Position numbers and translations under genes: made by a program. A stretch of DNA of 64,000 nt, taken from the NCBI RefSeq assembly GCF_026571515.1, contig NW_026855084.1, positions 1 to 64,000 of the forward strand, read 5' to 3'. Below the pieces are notes generated by a model that saw only the letters and a program-made list of their open reading frames with translations, was not told the origin of the DNA and did not search any database. Each line of letters opens with the position of its first letter. Within the stretch, counting starts at the first letter, position 1. Positions 1-14,374 of the stretch are shown here, one piece after another. The stretch is from Ruditapes philippinarum. Taxonomy: Eukaryota.

Positions 1-1338
1 ATATTTTTCAAAGAAACATGTACAAATTGAAAGCACATGTCACAACTGACATTATATTTTAATAAATTCACTATCACAAATGAAAATGTAAATCAATGCA
101 CATAATAACCGGAAGCGAATAGGTATACTTTCAAACTTTATTGTAAATATTTTCACAATTATTACAAAAGGTATATATTAATAACTATTTACAAAGCTAA
201 CTATTGACTTGTTAAATTTACTTTGAAATGTATTTCAAGATAACCTGATACTTATGGATTGCATTGTTGTAGTATCATATGCTCATGCATAGTGAAAAAG
301 CTTTCATAATTGGCCTTTGTTGTAACCAAGTAATGAAGGTTATATGTAATTTTATTATTTACAACACACGACGGTTCATATTAAAAATGAATACAGTTTT
401 CAATCATATGTTAACATGCTCTGTGATGTAAAAACAATTATTTGACGTTTCTTTGTAAATTATCCGACTAAATTGCAATGTAGGACCATAATTATATCTT
501 GAAAAACATTCCCATAAATTTTAGTCTTCCGGATAATATTACATGACACAGTATTGAAAACATGTATGAACTTGATATTAAAATAATAGGAAGTAAAATT
601 TATTACCAAAATAACATTAATTTATTTTTAATAATCTAATTTATGCTAATGGAGAAATCTCCTGAATGAATGGCATTCTACATTCTAGAAATATGTTTAT
701 ATTTCATTTGTTTCAAGATTATTTTACTTATTTGTTGCTTGTGATTCCGTATGTACATCAGAACTTATTTTCTGAATCTCAATAATAACTGATACAAATG
801 AATTGTCAAGGTTAAGATAATATTAACAAGTGCATATTTTAAAATATTCCAAATGAAAACAATTGATGACATGTGTAATCTCCTGAAAAATGTAGGAAAC
901 ATAAAACTACCCATGTATATTAAATCTATAAAAGCTTAATACATTGTAATTTAATATAATCAATAAATTTGAAATGTATGAAGTTTTAGTTTTGTAGACC
1001 ACTTGTTCTAACTTATCATTTTTATGTAAATCTGAAGCTTATCATAATAGTAACTTTGATATTTAATAATATCAGAAGTCTCTCTTGTTTTATGTTTAAA
1101 CGTATTTTATCTTGAAGCAGATAAAACGTTTTTGAAATTAAAGTCATATAAAAAGCAATGGAAATGAATCTATATGAGCAATTGTCAGATGAACATGCGA
1201 ATTTAGATAAGGATGTATAATTTTTATGAAAAAATAACAGTATTATATCTTTCTTTTTTCACAATGCGATGGTACAAACATTTTGTTTTCGCAAAATAAT
1301 ATAATTTTAGTTGTAAGCATTTAGTAAAGCAGTCTTCT
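1..1338 (+). repeat. Segmental duplication block A, copy 1 (paralog at ~12017-13298)
   Basis: Collinear similarity with indels, from AAAGAAACATGTACAAAT..AAAGCA through TTAGTTGTAAGCATT, e.g. the shared string TTAGTCTTCCGGATAATATTACATGACACAGTATTGAAAACAT. Confidence 0.92.
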
Positions 1339-2019
1339 GACACCGTTTAAAGGAGTTCAGATTTTATTTCTATACCCATCTGTCATACTGAAACATAAAG
1401 CAAGACATTGTGACAAAGTAAAGTTAAAACGGAATATTGATGTGTTGTGCAAACGCTAACTTCTTGCATCAAGTTCTCTAGGCTTGCAATTTTCATGTAA
1501 TTTTGTTGTGATTTATGCTTCCGATGGATCACTTTGTTTCCAGATGTTTGTGAACGAGCTGATTTTTGACTATATAGCATTATCACTTTCAGTGATGTAT
1601 ACTATATTTTAATAATAACATGACTGGGAAGTTAGAAGAGATGGCTATGCTTAGTGATAGAACTACAATACTAAATATTTACAAATTTGAGCGACATTAA
1701 CTAAACGCAACAAAACGATACCCATCGGTAAGGCACCCACTAGGGCAACACAAATGAGAAAGGACAAAAACGAAGCTCGGATGTGTCGGATTAGTTATAA
1801 AATATAATTTCTAGGCGAATTCAAATAGAATATCGATAACTATAAGCATTTTAATAGCTTATAATTTAATTATAAGAGAAACGTTTTGAATTGTTATTGT
1901 CCCTGTGTGCAATATATCTGCACATGCTTGCCTTATTTGTTAATTGAATTTCCAACAATATGAAATTCAATACATTTCAATTTTTAAATGTGTTATTCTC
2001 ATACAGGGTCCCCGAAAAA

Positions 2020-3710
2020 AACCCACAAAATGTGCAATGCATTGAATATGTCAATTCGAGCATTTTATTGTTAATTTGCTGAGACATCGTTTCAAACGAC
2101 ATATTGTCTAGCCAGTTGGTATTGGTCTTGACGCTTTCATTCCGTTAAATACAAAACCTGTCTGATGCTGGTGTTCCTTGTACTAATTGTAAATATATCA
2201 TGACAGGATAGTGAACCAGACTTGTTGTGTTTAATATGACATGTTTGTCTGGATTGTGTTGATTGGTCGTGACATATTCGCATGTATTGTTAAGATTGTG
2301 CAGTACCTTCTTGTTGATTTTAAGGCCCATTAAGTCTTAATAATGGTAGGAATAATTTTCATTTCTCAGAGGCCTTATATGTTGTGTCTATAGCTTTATA
2401 TACCAGAGTTTCCTTTCCGTTTTGGTAAGCAGTGCGTTATAGTGATTAAGAACAAAGTGTGTTATAGTGTTTAAGTACTTTTGAAGGATAAAAGTCTGAG
2501 TCTGAAAAAGGGATGATTCCGTCGGGAATTAAAAACGTAATTTATAGCGCCTTATAAAACGTAACGTTCCGCGCTTACGTTAACATCACTTTTAACTTTA
2601 AATTGTTTTTGGTGTTAACGCTTATACATGTCGAATTTGGAAACTACAACGATGTTTCTGTAGTTATTATACACCCCACAGATTCCTCGGAAGTAAAAAA
2701 GTCCAAATTCCACTCTGATTGCCTTTTATATTGACAAAGAAATAGATTCTGATTTCGAGTGTGATTCCGCATAATATTGCTCAATTATGTCAATGCGCAT
2801 CCGAAGTTCATACATCGTCAAACTGTACCACAACACTTAAATAAATGATCAATTTTCTAACCAAGGAATTTATTTATTAATTAAATTATTAATCAAATAT
2901 TACTACACGCTAATAAAGAACATTAGTCGTACGGATCTATATCAAGTGTTAAAATCTCTTGTTGTGTCAGTAGGTTTAATATCGACAAGGAAGGGAGGCA
3001 ATCAATGAACGCATCACCCAACAAAGTACCATTGGCAACGTTGCATTTCATTTCATCAGAACAGGAAATTAAAAATAGTTTCACTGATTCAGAAACTCAT
3101 GGAGGTATCAAAATGATTTGTAGAAAAAGATACAGACGATTCGGTTTGTCCTATAATGTACATCAATATGAAAATCAGTACATGATATCACTGTTGTAAT
3201 AAAATATTGCAAAAAATAAAATAAAATAGTTTTTCCATCATTCTCGTGGTTCATATTCACTCGAACTGTGTCACGAACAATTTTAACACATTGTCTACAT
3301 GTATTTACATTTTGTGGTAACTGATGCAAAATATTCGTAGGATATATCCAATAAATAATGAAGCAAAATATTTCTTTAATCAATTTTGTGTGTCATATTA
3401 ACATGACAATTTCTTTTGAAAATATTTGTCATTTACATGAGAGCACAGTGTCTTTTCTGTTGAATTTGTTGGTAAACTGATGTAAATGTTCGGAATGTTT
3501 ATGTAAAAACACTTCTTTGTAAACTGAAAACCGGGGATTTAACGTTGTCTGGTCTTTTGTTCTATGTCTGATGTACACTAATTTGAGTTAATTCTAAAGC
3601 CACACTAATAGCCCTAACAATTAATTTAAAACAAAGGAAATGTCATAGGGTTATAAGTATTTATTTGTTTTATGTATAATGTGCCTTAATATCACCAAAA
3701 AGGGCAGACA
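2020..3710 (+). repeat. Segmental duplication block B, copy 1 (paralog at ~16420-18290)
   Basis: Shared strings such as AACCTGTCTGATGCT, TCAGAAACTCATGGAGGTATCA and TAAACTGAAAACCGGGGATTTAACG; the second copy has an extra ~200 bp at ~16726-16930. Confidence 0.92.
2140..3620 (-). pseudogene. Decayed coding remnant, tentatively TIR/SEFIR-like (copy 1)
   Basis: Minus-strand translation ESVKLFLISCSDEMKCNVANGTLLGDAFIDCLPSLSILNLLTQQEILTLDIDPYD* aligns without indels to the ORF at 17476-17658; flanking frames are broken by stops and frameshifts. Confidence 0.4.
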
Positions 3711-4069
3711 AGCAATCTAATGATTGCTGGTCGCGTGGATTCTAACTATATTAGGCCCAGTTCTTGTTTGTTCAAGAGTTCGCTATCAGCTTAGAGCTTC
3801 CTACAAAGTCACACTCTGCTTAACCTTCAATGTCAAATTCAAAAATGTTGTGATCTGTCGAAGAATGTTGTACAAATACTCTTTGATAAAGAATAAATTG
3901 TCTGTTGTGTTATAAAAACGTTATAGAAAAGGTATGAGTCTCCTTGAGAAATTAAAACTAAAATACCTATTTCCTGAATTTTATAGTCAAGCATGCTTTA
4001 TTTGGTAGTCATGAAACATTATTCACTGTACCATAGCGTGAACCTGTTCAATAATTCATGGAAAAGCAT

Positions 4070-6250
4070 TCTTATTGGTTTAATTGATTAACAAATCCTC
4101 CATTTTCGTCTTGCGCTTGAAGGTTGTGGAGTAAAGCTGATGATGATGAGTTCATTAATTTTGTATACCTTATTTATATATTTTGCTCGGACAACTGGTA
4201 TGTCAGAGTTTCGGAGCGGTTGCAGTTGTATCTCATTAAATACCCCTATCTTCAATTTTTGCGAATCTATTTCTGTAATGATCTCGGGGGATATCTCAAG
4301 GATTTGTTTTGTACATATTGCATTATAAGTGAAAGAAATATTGCCATGCGATGTAGCGTGTACACTTGTTTGACGATATAAATATCATTATATGTTTTAA
4401 GTAACGTAAAATATCCATATTTGAATTAAAACGTTGTAATAATAGGTTAGTAATAAAGACACATATGCCTATTGAAAGTGAAATATGTTATTATTATATG
4501 CAACTAAATAATGCCTGCGGTAATTTATCAAAGATGTATGGGGAAATATTGAAGTCTTATAAATAATATACAACTGTGTCACTGAATTAAATGTGAAATT
4601 GATAGGATATCGGATAGTTACGTTCATTCGATTTCATTAATGACTTTAATTAATCAGTATAAGTCAAATGGTTGTATGCAACTTTAAATCCATAATTTTA
4701 TGATATAACCAGATAACGATTATGTCTGCCACTTTCATCGACAAGTCGGTAGTCATTTAATTTTGACGAAAGTTATTATAAATATGAAATGTAAGCTGAC
4801 TTTATCTATATACTTAAAATTTTAGGCAGATGGGTCATGTGACCACTGAATATTTATTTGTTGTACATATGTTGCATTATTGACCAGTTATGTTTTATGG
4901 AATTAAGAACACTTGGACAAATACGGTACGCAACATAAATTCATAATTACGTTTTAATTTGATACACTTCATCTCATCCGTTCCTTTCTCTTTCATCTAT
5001 AGTTCAAGCAGCAACACAACAACATTAGAAATGGCCTTTTGTTTAGAATAAAAATATAAGTCAATTTTACATGTTTTTGATAAACGGTCGCTTCTACTGT
5101 ATTGTCTTCGATTTGGAGCATTTAGGAAGAATCTGAACAGGAACAGAACGCTCATTTATTTGTTTAATTGATTTACACATCCTCTGGTTTCGTCTTGCGC
5201 TTGTAGGCTATGGACTTTAGCTGATGATGATGAATTCATTGATTATTTATACATTAAAAGATTTATTTAATCGTATGCCTTACTCTTATAATTGTTTTTA
5301 ATAATAAAACGCATGAAATATTACAGTAACTGTATTTATAAAGGTGTAATCTATATAATTGCAGTTTTTTGCTTGGGCAACTGGCATGTCGGAGTTTCAG
5401 AAGGGTTGCATTTGTATCTCATTAATAACCCCTATCTGCAATTTATGCAAATCTATTTTTGTAATGACCTCGGGGGATCTCTAAAGAATATATTTGTACA
5501 TATTGCATTACATGTGAAAGGAATAGTGCGATGCAAAATAAAGTGTACACCAGTAAATATCATTATATGTTTTAATTAACGTTTAATTTAAAACGTTGTA
5601 ATGATAGGTTAGTAATAAAGACATATGACTAAGGAAACTGAAATATGTTTATATGCAACTAAAATGCCCGCGGTAATTCATCAAAGATGTATTGGAAATA
5701 TTGACGTCTTATAAATAATGCATAGCTGATTTAAATGTGAAATTGATAGGATATCGGATACTTTCGACTTGATTAATGACTGTAATTAATCATTACAAGT
5801 CAATTGGTTGTATGTAACTTTAAGTCCTTTAAATATAACCCGGATAACGGATAATGTCTGCCTCTTTAAAGTCATCCACCAGTCTGTAGTTGTTTAATTA
5901 TGACGAAAGTTAGTATAAATATGTAATGTAAGCTGACCTTATCTGTAATACTTAAAAGTTTTAGGCAGATGTGTCATATGACCACTGTATATTTATTTGT
6001 TGTAACAACCAAATGTTGCATCATTGACCAGTTTTCTCTCATGGAATTAACAACACTTCGACAAATACTGTACGCAACATAAATTCATAATTACGTTTTA
6101 AGCTTGATATTCTTCATCTTATTCGTTCCTTTTCCTTTCATCTATATAGTTCAAACATGAACACAAGAACATTAGGAATGGCCTTTTGTTTAGACTGAAA
6201 ATGTATGTTCATTTTACGTGTCTTTGACCTAAACAGTCGCTTCTACTATA
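4070..6250 (+). repeat. Direct tandem duplication of a ~1.1 kb unit (4070-5100 and 5155-6250)
   Basis: Both units start with TTTAATTGATT..TTTCGTCTTGCGCTTG..GCTGATGATGATGA and end AAAC.GTCGCTTCTACT. Confidence 0.92.
4078..4760 (-). pseudogene. Decayed Ig-like/TM/TIR-like coding remnant (paralog ~5170-5900)
   Basis: About 100 stop-free codons on the minus strand: ..HGNISFTYNAICTKQILEISPEIITEIDSQKLKIGVFNEIQLQPLRNSDIPVVRAKYINKVYKINELIIISFTPQ..; upstream, in other frames, LSDILSISHLIQ and hydrophobic ISLSIGICVFITNLLL. Confidence 0.35.
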
Positions 6251-8289
6251 TTTAGACCACATTTTTAAGTTACTTATAAATTATTACAATAAACAGTTGT
6301 TACATTCATTTTGTTACGTTTGATATACTTATGCTACTCATTTTACTTTAAAATTAAATATGTATAGTTGTTTCATATAAGTAACCAGAGAACAAATACG
6401 TGTTGTTACTTTACATTATAATGGTATAATTTTATTATTTAGTACATAAAAGTAAGTTTTCATATGTTTGGTCTTTGCCATCCTTTTAAATCGTGCAAGG
6501 AAATCAGGAATCAATTTGTACAACATAATTTTTACCATTTTGATATATAATTATATAAAAATATCTCAATTTTACAATGATTTATTAGGGAAAACATTTA
6601 TATACGTAAAAATTAAATTTATTATCGAATTATTTGGTACGGAAACGTTAACGTTTGAAAATTGTTCATTGAGATTCGGTTAGCCCTTAATGTCCCTTCA
6701 TCTACTTAAAACGTAACTGAATAAATACACTTAAAATATTGGTTTATTTCCTTCCATTGTACAAAGAAATAGAATACCAAGATTATCAATATAGTAAAAG
6801 ATGTATATTAAATATCAATGATCATATTTTATAATGATGAATTGATATTCGATTCCTTTTATACCTTGATTAATAGCATATCTTTCATTTTAATTTAATA
6901 TATATTATTTACGTTTGAATAAACATGTGACATAAAATTGTATTAACGAAATTCATTGCAAATTGTCAAAACCGTTTATTTATTTGTAGTGTTTATTTAT
7001 TTATCTATTTTGCAAAACTATACGCTGCTTGCATTGATACCTTTAGTTATATTTTACATAACAAATATTGGTCATCTTTTTACTTGAAAAAAGTCAATGT
7101 TTTATGATATTTACATTTTTCAACATGAAATGCAACAGCATGATCTGAAAGCAACAAGGCGTGACTGAAATTCCTTTTTCTTCTTTTTATCTCCCAAAAT
7201 TTCAAAGAAAACATTTGTGAAAAATGTAAATCTTTATACTCCTGAACGCTTTCCACATTATGTTGTATGTATATTTTTTAGAGTTATAAGAGCATTTTAC
7301 CTTCCCGTGATACAACAAAAACACGTCAATCCATTTCTATCAATTATGTTTATCAGGACAATCTTTAACTTAATGAAATGAACGTTCAAAGAACATGCTT
7401 AATGATTAATCAACTAATTGATCACTATTAGTCAGTGTTTGATCACGTTGTGATCAAGGGTATTCGTGCTATCAATTGGGATAGATTTTTTTTTATTTCA
7501 GAGCAAATCCTTTCATATATGAACAATAAAATGTATCAATTATTATTGAAAGCTAAACTTATTTATTTGTCTAGTAACACATTTAAAGCTAAATGCATAC
7601 AGGGAACAATAACAAAATCATTCAGATTCTAATTATCATTATATGTAAACAAATTCAAATGGCAACTTTAAACGACCAGTGACACGAATGCAAGCATACA
7701 TTCCAGTATAATAATACTTATGTTTCTCCATTGCATTGTCTCGTTTCATAACAATTTAAGCAGTTTTCATTCTTGTATTCTAAACAAACATATAAGTATC
7801 ATTTTAATTAAAAACAACTCCATCTAGTAACATCAAATTACATTTCATACTAAACAACTCTATCTTGGTACATCGAACATTTCAAACTAATAGTGTACAG
7901 CTAACTATAATGAATAACCATGTTATGGGATACTACAATGCAACTATCATTTATACCATGCCGCACACGAGCTATAAAATCAGGGCTAATAGCTGACAAT
8001 TGCAGATTTTATTCTATTGAAATAACCAAAATAAGAAACATCAAAGAATGTAAAAAAACGGCAAAAATTGACAAAATATTGTGTCTGTTTATGAGAATAA
8101 TAATTGCAATGAATAAATTCTCTCAGACACCCATACACCGCCTTATGACTTCGACTTCTTCAATCCTTAACAATTAAAGTATTTGACTCGTAAATCAGGA
8201 AATACCAGAACAAAAATATAACAACTTTTAGAGGAGAACCATGAAAGCTATGCCAAAATATTAAGTTGTTAAATATTTAACGCCATGAT

Positions 8290-8510
8290 TTGCATTAAGA
8301 ATGTAATCAATTATTATGTTCAACCGCCTGCCGTCTTAGATATAATAGTTGTGTGTCATGCCAAGCAGTTTACTTTATAGCATGCTGTTAGTTGTTTAGA
8401 TCAAGTTTTCTGACATTTAAGTGAAATTCCTGTTTATTAAGAAACTAAACAATGGTTAAATTGTAACTGACCGTAAATAATAGTTATAATAAATGCGGTA
8501 AAATTGGAAA
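8290..8510 (+). repeat. Short dispersed duplication (paralog ~10667-10880)
   Basis: Shared CAACCGCCTG, TGTTTAGATCA and AAACAATGGTTAAATTGTAACTGAC. Confidence 0.8.
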
Positions 8511-11300
8511 TTTGTCGTTACACCAAAGAAAGAGATGCAAAGAAAATAATAATGATTATCTCCAAAATATGGCACAAGTAAACACCCAAAACTAAAGATG
8601 TTATAGACTGTAATTCAGAACAGCCTAACATCTATAGTTTGTGACAGAACACGTTCAGGAAAATTGCAAAAAACTTGTTAATATGTTTTCTTTATTTCTT
8701 TCAAGCACACACGACATTGTGTTCTGTGCAACGAAAAGAATTATTTATTGCATTTAAAGTTTGACTTAATTAATAATAAATACACACATACTGTTATGAT
8801 AAAATTATCGGGGGGGGGGGTGGTTTCATACAGTTCTGATAAAAGTATCGGAGAGTTTTATGCATTGAGGTTTTGTATGAGTATCTTATTCAGGAACTTG
8901 TATGTGGTTGAAATTTTATAAGACGTGTTATCACCGATAGCGATTTGTTCTTGCATAATCAATGAATGCAAAACGCTATGCTACTATATGTGTTAATTTC
9001 AGCTGGCTTAATTTATTGTGTTGAGTGTCAAAGTATTTTACATATTTCTTTTGAGAAATATCTGTTTTACTGCCTTAAGTAAACATAGCACCTGTATCCG
9101 CTACAAATGATGTCATGTATAGACAGCAAAAATAACATGGGTTAAACAAAATAAGTAGACAGAAACATAGCAAGGAAAATGCAAGCGTTCAAGTTTTAGC
9201 AACTGAAAGTTTCTTATTATACTATTAAGAATAGAATATTAATGTGTAACTGTGCAATTATGTATTAAATAAGGAACATCTATCTTGTATTTTGAGTATA
9301 TTTGTATAACTAGGTATATCAAAATAAACACATTACTTACTAATCAAATTTAATGCCAACAGTCGGATAGCTTTTCATCATGACAATATTTTTCTTTTAT
9401 CACTTATCGTGATTTGAAAGCAAACATTCAATAATCTTGCGTAGTTATGTATAATACATGAAAACGATTGATGTATAAACAAATGGTGTAGGGAGACTAT
9501 AATTATCTGATAAATCAGATAGTGCACATTTATGTATTGTAATATTGACAAGAAGATAAATGGTTGATAATTTAAGCAATATGTATCAATCATGTCTCCA
9601 TATATCTTAGTGAGAGAAAAATACAGTTTATACATGGGGTGATTGTTCGGTTTAATCGCACATTATTACATTACTGGTCATACAATGCCAAACACTATGA
9701 AAAACAATTTGAAGTACTTTTAATTCTAATCGGATTTAGGATTCTAATCGAGTATACCACTGACAGTGATTCTGTTAAATTCACACCTAGATAACAATTA
9801 TGCTGTGAAATGTATGTCAATGTTAACACAATGTGAAAAGATTCATCGCAAAACAAACATAAAACGCCAAAAAACAGTATAGTGAAAAAATACTGCAGGT
9901 TCGAGTGACAATTTAACATCTTTTACAAAACATTGGCAGAAATATAATATCTATGTCACAAATACGACGTGAATATGCATGTTTACTTTAAAGTGCAATG
10001 AAATCTTCCTCATAGCTGCAAAACATCTTTAGGCTATGATATTCCTTCTCTAACATCATATGAATATGGATTTGTTATACGTGGATTGAAATGCGAAATA
10101 GAACATTAATACACGATTCTCGAAACGTTGTTCTAAATAGAAACTTTTTTTTTTCAAAAAAGTATTGTCAGATCAGTTATATCATTCCCCATAGATTTTA
10201 CAGAACCTATGTGTTTTGGCTTTATACCAACGCTATCTTCAACAAAACAAATATTTGTGAACTTCCAAAATCAAGCGTAGCTGGAAACTTCATTAACTAT
10301 AAAGAAAATATTATGTTGCCAGTTCTATTCAAATTTACAAATTATATGCCAAATTGTTTTGTCTGTAAATCTCGTTATCTTTAGTTAACGTGTAGGTATG
10401 TGCAAAATTGTTAATCCATGCATGCACTTTACTCAGTCTTTTCAAATGCACTTGACAAACGATAAGCAGAATGTTATTGTTATAAAACTCATATGTTTAA
10501 AATATAATGAAAACATGTTTTATTATGTTGCTAATAATGACTATAATGAACATTTTTATTATTTAAGTATACGACAAATAAGTATTTTAAGTATACTGTA
10601 CCATGTAGTCCGCAAATTATGGGCATTCTACGATCAATTAAAATGTCAATATCGTTCGCCAAGAACTGCATTATGAATGTAATGAAACAGTATGTACAAC
10701 CGCCTGCTGTCATAAAGATAATAATTTGGTGGCATGCATAGCAGTATACTTCTTCACATGCTGTGAGCTGTTTAGATCATGTTTCCGAATATGTAAGTGA
10801 AAATTCCTTTGTAACAGGTAAATAAACAATGGTTAAATTGTAACTGACTGGTTAGTAATGAATGAATAAAATTGGAATATTCAGAGCAAAATGCGGTGAA
10901 AAAAATAAACCCTACCTGCACGGGCAAATGTTTACAAAAACGCACATATTTGGATGTAGCAAGGAATGCAATTGTAGCTTGTCAAGATATTCTGACATAT
11001 CATTAGTTTGGCATGGAATAAATTAGATATTAAAATAATGTATGCACATAAAAAAATAATTTATTTATACAATAAAAAGCTTTACATATTTGGGAAGAAT
11101 AAATATGTTTTGAAAAAAATGCGGACCACGTAAGCAAAAACAAACCTAATTGGTAAACAAACATTTATAAGCCTACACTTTAAAAAATATCTAGCTGTTA
11201 AGCATTTCATTAAATTAAACTACCACTCATTAAAATGCCGTGAAAACAATCTTGAAAATAAAGACTGCTTAGCGAAAAAAAGAAATCAAAGTGGCAAAAA

Positions 11301-11891
11301 TACGAAAGACCGGTGGGGACATTTCAACTTCATGAATTCCCGATTTCAGCTTCATGAATTCTCGATTTCAACTTCAAGAATACCCGATTTCAACTTCACG
11401 AATTCACGATTTCAACTTCATGAATTCACGATTTCAACTTCACGAATTCACAATTTCAACTTCATGAAGTTGAAATCGTGAATTCGTGAAGTTGAAATCG
11501 TGAATTCGTGAAGTTGAAATCGTGAATTCATGAAGTTGAAATCGTGAATTCGTGAAGTTGAAATCGTGAATTAAAGAAGTTGAAATCGTGAATTTATGAA
11601 GTTGAAATCGTGAATTCGTGAAGTTGAAATCGTGAATTCACGAAGTTGAATTTGTGAAGTTGAAATCGTGAATTCATGAAGTTGAAATCGTGAATTCGTG
11701 AAGTTGAAATAGTGAATTCGTGAAGTTGAAATAGTGAATTCGTGAAGTTGAAATCGTGAATTCATGAAGCTGAATCGTAAATTCGTGAATTCCGTATTTT
11801 GAAAATGGGAATGCACGAAGTTTAAATTGTGAATTCATGAAGATGAAATCGGGAATTCATGAAGTTGAAATGGCCCTACCGGTCTTTCGTA
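11301..11891. mobile_element. Non-autonomous foldback DNA transposon (IS3EU-like MITE) with internal 22-bp repeat arms
   Basis: TIRs TACGAAAGACCGGT(G/A)GGG(A/C)CATTTCAACTTCATGAATTCCCG at both ends; 6-bp TSD CAAAAA (11295-11300, 11892-11897); unit ATTTCAACTTCATGAATTCACG, ~6.5 copies forward then ~18 inverted, axis at 11464/11465. Confidence 0.88.
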
Positions 11892-12016
11892 CAAAAAGCT
11901 ATAGATGTGTTCCATAATAAACTTTTATATTATATTGTTTTGATATCGGTACCCATCAATGATGTCTTAATGACTTAACATTGAACATATTAAACTATTA
12001 TTTTATGTAGCCAAAC

Positions 12017-13298
12017 TATTTTTAAAAGAAACATGTACAAATCGAAAGCATAGGTCACAAATGACATTATATTTTAATAAATTCACTATCACAAATGAAA
12101 TGTAAATCAATGGACATAATACCCGGAAGCGAATAGGTATACTTCAAAACTTCATTGTTAACATTTTCACAATATTTACAAAAGGTATGAGTTGATAACT
12201 ATTTACAAAGCTAACTATTGACTGATTAAATTTACTTTGAAATGTATTTCAAGATAACCTGATACTTGTGGAATGTATTGTTGTAATATCATATGCTCAT
12301 GCATAGTGAACAAGCTTTCATAATTTGCCTTTGTTGTAACCAAGTAATGAAGGTTATATGTTATTTTACTATTTACAACACACCAAGGTTCATATAAAAA
12401 TGCATACAGTTTTCAAACATATGTTAACATGCTCTGTGATAAAAAGACAAATATTATGACGTTTCTTTGCAAATATCCGGCTAATTTGCAATGTAAGACC
12501 ATAATTATATATTGGAAAACATTCCCATAAAGTTTAGTCTTCCGGATAATATTACATGACACAGTATTGAAAACATATTAATTTTAACGTCATTCAATTG
12601 TATGAACTGAATATTAAAATAATAAGAAGCAAAATTTATTACCAAAATAACATTTGAATGCCCTATAAATTTTATTTTTAATAATCAAAATTAAGTTTAT
12701 GGAGAAATCACTTGAATGAATGGCATTCTGCATGCCAGAACTATGTTTAGATTTCATTTGTTTCAAGTTTGATTATTTTACTAACAAGTTGCTAGTGATA
12801 TTGTCTGTACATCAGAACTTGTTTTCCTATTCTCAATCAAACTGAAATAAAACACTTTTTAAAGTTAAGATAGTATTAGCAAGTGCATATGTTATAATAT
12901 TCCAACTGAAAACAATTGATGACATGTGTAATCGCCTGAAATTGTAGGAAACATAAAACTTAACATGCAATCATGATTTAAGATAATCAATACGTTTGAA
13001 ATGTATGTAATTATACTTTTGTAGACCACCCGTTTCAACTTATCATTGATTATTATTGTTTTGTAAATCTGAAGCTTATCATAATAGTAATTTTGATATT
13101 TAATAAAATCAGAAGTATCTCTTCTTTTTTAAACGTACTTTATCTTGAAGCAGATAAAACGTATTTGATTTTTTTTTTCTGAAAAAATACCATACTTTTT
13201 CAAATACTAGTATTTTATCTTTCTGTTTTCACAATGCGATAGTACAAACTTTTTATTTTGAAAAAAAATTAGTTGTAAGCATTCAATAAAGCGGTCTG
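12017..13298 (+). repeat. Segmental duplication block A, copy 2
   Basis: Collinear with 1-1338. Confidence 0.92.
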
Positions 13299-14374
13299 TG
13301 TAAGTGCAATTACATCAGATGTGCCTGTGTATCATTAAAGTGCATTTGAAAAAATAAATTCCCCTTGATTATTATTTTAAAGATTCATCTTTTAATTTGC
13401 AATTTAAATATCTCAATTTAAATATGCTGTTAATCATAATGCCATAAATAATTTGCTACATTATACGGAAAATAGGAAAATAATTGTGTAAGTTTATTTA
13501 CTTTTTATTGTACAAAAAAGAATAAACAATCAAGATATTGATTTAAAAAATACATAATGTTTTAATAAAATATAAATTTGATGTAGAAAATCTGATAATA
13601 ATAGGGAGTTTACAGACACGTGGTATTGGATTGAACCTGAAAGGACGTATTTTTTGCCATAATATCTTTGTTTATATTTGATTCCAAGACATATGCAATA
13701 AAAGTGTCTCGTAATCGGAAACTTTTATACACAAACAACTTACATAATGTAGTTAACGTGTATAAAACACAGTTGCGGATACGAATATGATAAGAAAAAA
13801 ATGACATAATGTATTATCTGGCAATAAAGCAGTTCATCATTTTTCTTAATTCTGATTAAACTTACTCAAACGTGATGATAAATTATCCAAAGATTTGATC
13901 TATTTCCTGTTGTTGTTTTTTTAAAGAAGATATACGATCATTGTAGCAATTGATGCGTATTTAAGGTTATGTAATTTCTTTTTTCAGACTTTTTATTAAA
14001 TAACCCATTTCTTCATTTTAAATTAAAACGGTCTAGCATAATATTCCTTTCAATTTGATGCACTTTATGCGCAAATATTTCCGTATTTAGAACGAAATAA
14101 TAAAAGGCATTCGTGACATTGCCAGCTTATTTAAACATAATTGAAATTTGTATGGAAACATTTTAAGTTAAACGCCTTTGCATCAATAATATGTTTTCGA
14201 ATTGGCAATAAAACGCGAAAGTAATTTTCTGAAAAGATGCTTTAAATTACAATATTAAACACACATTATATTCTGTTATTTATTTTCCGTTAATCGGATT
14301 ATAGATAATTACATTATATTTGAATAAAAATAATCAAGTGAAAGTGAAACATAAGCTGACTCAATAAAATGTTA

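Noticed and set aside
4137-4155. CTGATGA hammerhead ribozyme core
   Set aside because: Part of a (GAT)n run; no correctly placed GAAA or flanking stems
11321-11871. CRISPR-like array of short palindromic repeats; ORF 11571-11816
   Set aside because: Repeats are contiguous with no unique spacers, there are no cas genes, and the array is bounded by TIRs and a TSD; the ORF is a by-product of the repeat
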